Virus record (IMG/VR): IMGVR_UViG_3300031754_000006
Location: 1-57,992 of that record
Source: a virus
Taxonomy: Duplodnaviria > Caudoviricetes
Strand: one strand, 5' to 3'
DNA: 57,992 nucleotides
The notes under the pieces were generated by a model that saw only the letters and a program-made list of their open reading frames with translations, had not been told where the DNA came from and did not search any database. The position numbers and the translations under genes are program-made. Every line of letters starts with the position of its first letter. Position 1 is the stretch's first letter. Below are positions 54,051 to 57,992 of the stretch, piece by piece.

Positions 54051-56996
54051 TTATATTGAGCGGTTGGCTGGTACCTTGTGCGTCCCACGGTCAACCCCTG
54101 CCAAAAACGTGATCGCAGAGAGGCTAAAGCCCTCTCCATATGTCGGGCCCACTTGCTGCTCCTGGATCGTGATCTGAACGCTGGCGCACCGCTGGCGAGC
54201 CAACTTGATCGTAAACTCGTAAGGCGGGTAGGCACCGCCGCCCGGGTTGTCCGTGTCAAACGTGGTTGTATCGAAAATCGGCTGCGGGCCCATGACTGTC
54301 AGCGCGTCCACCCGCTCGGTCTGTATTGTTCCCGGATTATCATCCACAGCCACTGACACAGTCAGGATGTGTGGGCTCCGGTAGTCACCCCGGAGGTTGA
54401 ACCGCCAGACCCGCTGTACCCCGCTGATGCCGGCGAAGCTCAGCCACGACGTTGTCAGCCCGATCAGGATGGGCTCCCCAACGTCCGTAAACAGCCCTGG
54501 CGTCTGCTGCCGGATCGACCCCGTGGGTTGTACGTAGGTCAAGAGCCCTTCGAACACCGTAGCGTCTGCTGCGTTGTGCGCGGTCCATACCGCCCACTTG
54601 CCTACGTAGTAATCAAAGGCCAGCGCTACACCCGTATCGAGTGTGAAGATGACTCGGCGGCTATTGGGCTCCAACCGGGCCGCTGTGACATTGGCCGCGT
54701 TGAATGCTTCGACGGGAGCGCCGATGTAGTTCACGCTAAGATCACGCCCGAGCAGGTAGATCCCCTTAGCGCTTTGGAACATCACTCCGTTGGGGATCAG
54801 CACCAGGCTGCGGGGATTCGCACAGCCCACGTCAGACGGAATGTGGTAGGCATTGGAGTAATCGCTATTCGTCCCGTTCGGTGCTGGCCCATCGCCCACC
54901 GCGTACCGCAGCCGGTCCTTAGCGAACAGGATCAGCTTATCGTCCATCTCGATACTGCACGTCAGCGCGCCCCCGTCCTGCTCCACTGCTTGGAATAGCT
55001 GCTGCGGGTTGAATTCAACGGGGTTCCCTGGCACCAGCGCCTTTGAAAAAATCCACTGAAACGGATTCTCCGCCGGGATAATCACTGCGCGGTTACGATA
55101 CCGGGAAATATGCAGCGGGGCAGGAGCCGGAAGGTTCTCCACCTCGGAAAGGTTGTTATCCGGATTCGTGTACGGCTGCGCATTTCCGATCAGCGTTGCG
55201 TCCCCGATATTCTCTGTAAACGATACCGTGTCCACCGTCGGATCGTTCAGGAGCGGCGTACTGATCGGCGTGACCCTGAAAAAGTTAGTCTGATTCGCGA
55301 TCGTCCGATAGATGGCAATAACGATCGGTGTCTTCTTCTCTGTGAGTCGCAACGTCGGCACCGTATATGACCAGTGCGCCGTTGTGGTCGTTACGAACGT
55401 CGCCACCGGGGACGGCGCAGACTGATGCACCTGCCCATAATTATCCATCCATTCGTAGACCGCAAAAGCCTGGTATGTGCCATTGAATGGACCGCCGATG
55501 TCACCTGAGAAGGCCAGCGGCTCAGGGAACAGGTTAAATCCGTGCTCACAGACTTGGGCCCCATCATACATATACAGAATGCCTCCCGTGATCTGGAGGT
55601 CATCCGACAGTTCTAGCGCGTATTGCCGCCTGGTAAAATCCCAGGTCGCGCCTTGCACTCCAGCCTGTGTGAAGACATTCCCGCCCACCGACGTCAGCCG
55701 GTCAGTCTGCAGATACGCCATGCTGAATACGCCAGGGCTAACCGTATTCGCCTCAGGTAAGAGCGATGCACGCGCGGTCAGCCCTCCGCCGACCCCAGGC
55801 GCCACCTTGCCCACTACCGTGGTAGCAAGCGCGCCTGAACCGGAAAACAGGAAGTACGTGCGTTGTAGCGGGCTGTCATAGGCCACCAACACATGCACTC
55901 GGCCCAAATAATAAAACGGCTTGGACGCGAGCCCTACGCTCCGCACCAACACGCCCAGCCCCGAGACCATACCCCCCACAGTGACTGTCGCTGTCTTGAT
56001 TAGGTTATTGTATGTCTGGCTCCCCGTGGCTTCGTAATAGATCGTGGCCGTGGTTGTGGTCGGTGCGATTCCGGTAATGTTCCGTATCGCCCCAGGAGAG
56101 CCGTCCACAGTGGTAGGCGCCAGGAGTGGTCCCAAAGCAAACGTAAAGGCCGCAACCATCACGCTGCCGCCTGAGACCGCGTAAGCCACCCACACGTTGT
56201 GGGACGGATCTCCGAAAATGCTGATAGCTAGCGGCACCGCCGTAATAAGCTGCGCCTCTGCACCCGCTACCAGGCTGGATGACAGTGACGTAACCGCTAT
56301 CTTGCCGCCTGACGTTGCATAGGCCAGAAACAGCGTTCCACTGATTAGCTCTGCGTCAAATACAGCCGGCGACGTCGCCGGATCGATCGCCAGGTCCACA
56401 GGCGCCAGCGGCGCCATCGGCGATACCACTGGGATAGCAATGAAGCGCAGATGGCTTAGGCTCGTATCCTGATACAGGATTACGATGTAGTTACCTAGAG
56501 CGAATGGCTTGGGCCGTAGCGCATTCGCGGCCACCAGCGCGCCACTCACGATCGGCTGCTGCGTTACGTTATCGAAGATCGAGTAACGCGAAATAGTAGA
56601 GCCACTTTCGGCCGATTCGTATGTATATACCGTGAGTCCGGCAGGATGTACGGCCATATCCGGCGAAGTCTGGCTGTAAGCATTGCGGACCGCTGGCTGC
56701 ACACTCAGAGACAGTGACTCCCACACACCCTTATCTGTAAGCGTGCCCGAATTCTGGCTGTAGGCGAATGCTTCCTTAGGTGTACCCAGGAAGAGCTGAG
56801 ACTTGTACGCCGTCAACAGCGCCCCGGAATCAGCCGCCGTTAGCTCGGAATACCCATAGCGCTTACGAAACTTAGGATATTCGTCAAGTCTTACATTCTG
56901 CAGCAGAGTCGTATCGCCCTTGAGCAGCCAGCGCGGGTCTGTCTTGGTCTGGAGCCCCGAAAAGGCTACGGGTATCACTTGGCCCTGGAGTGCCAC
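54051..56996 (-). CDS. tail nozzle / tubular protein B-like
   Basis: 981 aa beta-rich; GLQTKTDP start, VGCANPRS...FQSAKGIYLL. Confidence 0.7.
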   Translation of the reverse strand: MALQGQVIPVAFSGLQTKTDPRWLLKGDTTLLQNVRLDEYPKFRKRYGYSELTAADSGALLTAYKSQLFLGTPKEAFAYSQNSGTLTDKGVWESLSLSVQPAVRNAYSQTSPDMAVHPAGLTVYTYESAESGSTISRYSIFDNVTQQPIVSGALVAANALRPKPFALGNYIVILYQDTSLSHLRFIAIPVVSPMAPLAPVDLAIDPATSPAVFDAELISGTLFLAYATSGGKIAVTSLSSSLVAGAEAQLITAVPLAISIFGDPSHNVWVAYAVSGGSVMVAAFTFALGPLLAPTTVDGSPGAIRNITGIAPTTTTATIYYEATGSQTYNNLIKTATVTVGGMVSGLGVLVRSVGLASKPFYYLGRVHVLVAYDSPLQRTYFLFSGSGALATTVVGKVAPGVGGGLTARASLLPEANTVSPGVFSMAYLQTDRLTSVGGNVFTQAGVQGATWDFTRRQYALELSDDLQITGGILYMYDGAQVCEHGFNLFPEPLAFSGDIGGPFNGTYQAFAVYEWMDNYGQVHQSAPSPVATFVTTTTAHWSYTVPTLRLTEKKTPIVIAIYRTIANQTNFFRVTPISTPLLNDPTVDTVSFTENIGDATLIGNAQPYTNPDNNLSEVENLPAPAPLHISRYRNRAVIIPAENPFQWIFSKALVPGNPVEFNPQQLFQAVEQDGGALTCSIEMDDKLILFAKDRLRYAVGDGPAPNGTNSDYSNAYHIPSDVGCANPRSLVLIPNGVMFQSAKGIYLLGRDLSVNYIGAPVEAFNAANVTAARLEPNSRRVIFTLDTGVALAFDYYVGKWAVWTAHNAADATVFEGLLTYVQPTGSIRQQTPGLFTDVGEPILIGLTTSWLSFAGISGVQRVWRFNLRGDYRSPHILTVSVAVDDNPGTIQTERVDALTVMGPQPIFDTTTFDTDNPGGGAYPPYEFTIKLARQRCASVQITIQEQQVGPTYGEGFSLSAITFLAGVDRGTHKVPANRSI

Positions 56997-57045
56997 TTAT
57001 CCCACCCCTTGCCAGGCCAACATATCCGGTGCTAGATATGTGGCC

Positions 57046-57252
57046 ATGAAGAGACCACGCGCAGTCGAATTCGAAGATGTAGATGGCTTAGAGCCTGACC
57101 GGCAAGACCTCCTAGACAGCACACGCAGCATGATATCGCCCGGGCAAAAGCTGTTGCTCATGGCGGTTCTAGGTGTTCTCTGTGTCGTCTGCCCTCCACT
57201 CGGGATAGGCGGGATTATCTTCTGCCTGTTCGTTAAGGAGCAGCGGCTATGA
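57046..57252 (+). CDS. small membrane protein (moron-like)
   Basis: hydrophobic hairpin; opposite strand to tail genes. Confidence 0.5.
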   Translation: MKRPRAVEFEDVDGLEPDRQDLLDSTRSMISPGQKLLLMAVLGVLCVVCPPLGIGGIIFCLFVKEQRL

Positions 57253-57779
57253 GGGCCATTACCGGATTTCTCGTTATGGCCTGCATCGCGTGTGGCCCGC
57301 CGAATTGGCAGTGCGATTCGGACAGCTTCTGCATCGACGGTGTGCCAACTCACGGGATCCCCGCTGAGATGCAAACCGAAGTAACCCGTGCGGCCTATAC
57401 ACGCCTGATCCAGGCGAGCCTTACGTATTGGGGTGGCACCCGAGCAGCGCTTGACGGATACCGGATCATCTTCCGCCAAGATGCCGCGAATAACTTCGCT
57501 TGTAATACCGCTCAGACGAAGGGCTGCATGGGCCTCACGGACGAAAACACCCGCACGATCACCATTGAGCTGTTTTCTGACATCACCTCTTGCCCCGAAT
57601 TCGCCATGCTCCCGCATGAGATTGGGCACGTCGTGCTTTACGATATCAACCATACCGACCCGCGCTGGGACACTTTCCAGACCATCACGGCCGCGCTGAT
57701 CGCCCCCGAGACTCCAGGCTGCGAAGCCTTGGCGCCGCAGATCGGCTATCTCAATAATGCAGTTCATCCAGCGCATTAG
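57249..57779 (+). CDS. lipoprotein with HExxH zinc-metallopeptidase motif
   Basis: signal ending CIAC-G; PHEIGHV...H. Confidence 0.65.
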   Translation: MRAITGFLVMACIACGPPNWQCDSDSFCIDGVPTHGIPAEMQTEVTRAAYTRLIQASLTYWGGTRAALDGYRIIFRQDAANNFACNTAQTKGCMGLTDENTRTITIELFSDITSCPEFAMLPHEIGHVVLYDINHTDPRWDTFQTITAALIAPETPGCEALAPQIGYLNNAVHPAH

Positions 57780-57992
57780 AAGGTCGCGAAGGTCACGCCG
57801 CTAAATATGACAGTCGCCCCATTGGCCAAGGCATTGCCGAGGATATCCAGCCCACCGCCGATATCCATGAGCCCGCTAGTCGCTATAGTCAGACTCGTAA
57901 ACTTCTTCTCTAAGCTGCTGCCATCGCTCGTAAGTAGGATATAGTTTTGCGCCAGGGCCGCGACCGGGCGGAAACCGACAGGAAGCGTGCCG
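57776..57992 (-). CDS. C-terminal part of tail fibre / receptor-binding protein (runs off window end)
   Basis: open frame GTLPVGFRP...IFSGVTFATF*, stop at 57776-57778; TLPxGFRP is typical of fibre head domains. Confidence 0.7.
   Translation of the reverse strand, partial: GTLPVGFRPVAALAQNYILLTSDGSSLEKKFTSLTIATSGLMDIGGGLDILGNALANGATVIFSGVTFATF

Overview
The window is an almost complete ~58 kb, GC-rich tailed-phage genome with a podovirus-like structural module: terminase, portal, scaffold, capsid, adaptor, nozzle and ejection-protein candidates, and no tape measure. It looks circularly permuted, because the tail-fibre ORF running off position 1 appears to resume at the far end. Transcription is divergent from a switch at ~21.4 kb. 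The leftward arm carries Cro-like, methyltransferase, RusA and virion/lysis genes; the rightward arm (21.5-38.5 kb) carries early/accessory genes. Main result: a stand-alone Cas7/RAMP-like gene (23662-24369) and an accessory gene (24370-24843) are followed by a non-CRISPR array of (G/A)GN-NN pentamers cut into 5n+4-nt units by GCAGG(C/T). A second, orphan array with the same grammar lies at 14.9-15.3 kb on the other strand. Read as a gapped NN-x code, the first full unit matches the accessory gene itself at 19/24 positions in codon phase. This suggests a programmable RNA-guided system aimed at related phages. From memory it resembles the recently reported VIPR systems, which I could not verify here. 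Other candidates include an ARC/Mpa-like proteasomal ATPase next to an aberrant tRNA-like element and a Pup/UBact-like peptide, five paralogous Cys/His mini-proteins, a recurring A-x-G-G motif in virion-associated proteins, a beta-propeller+GH5 protein and an anti-SD small RNA. All calls come from manual motif reading; no database searches were run.
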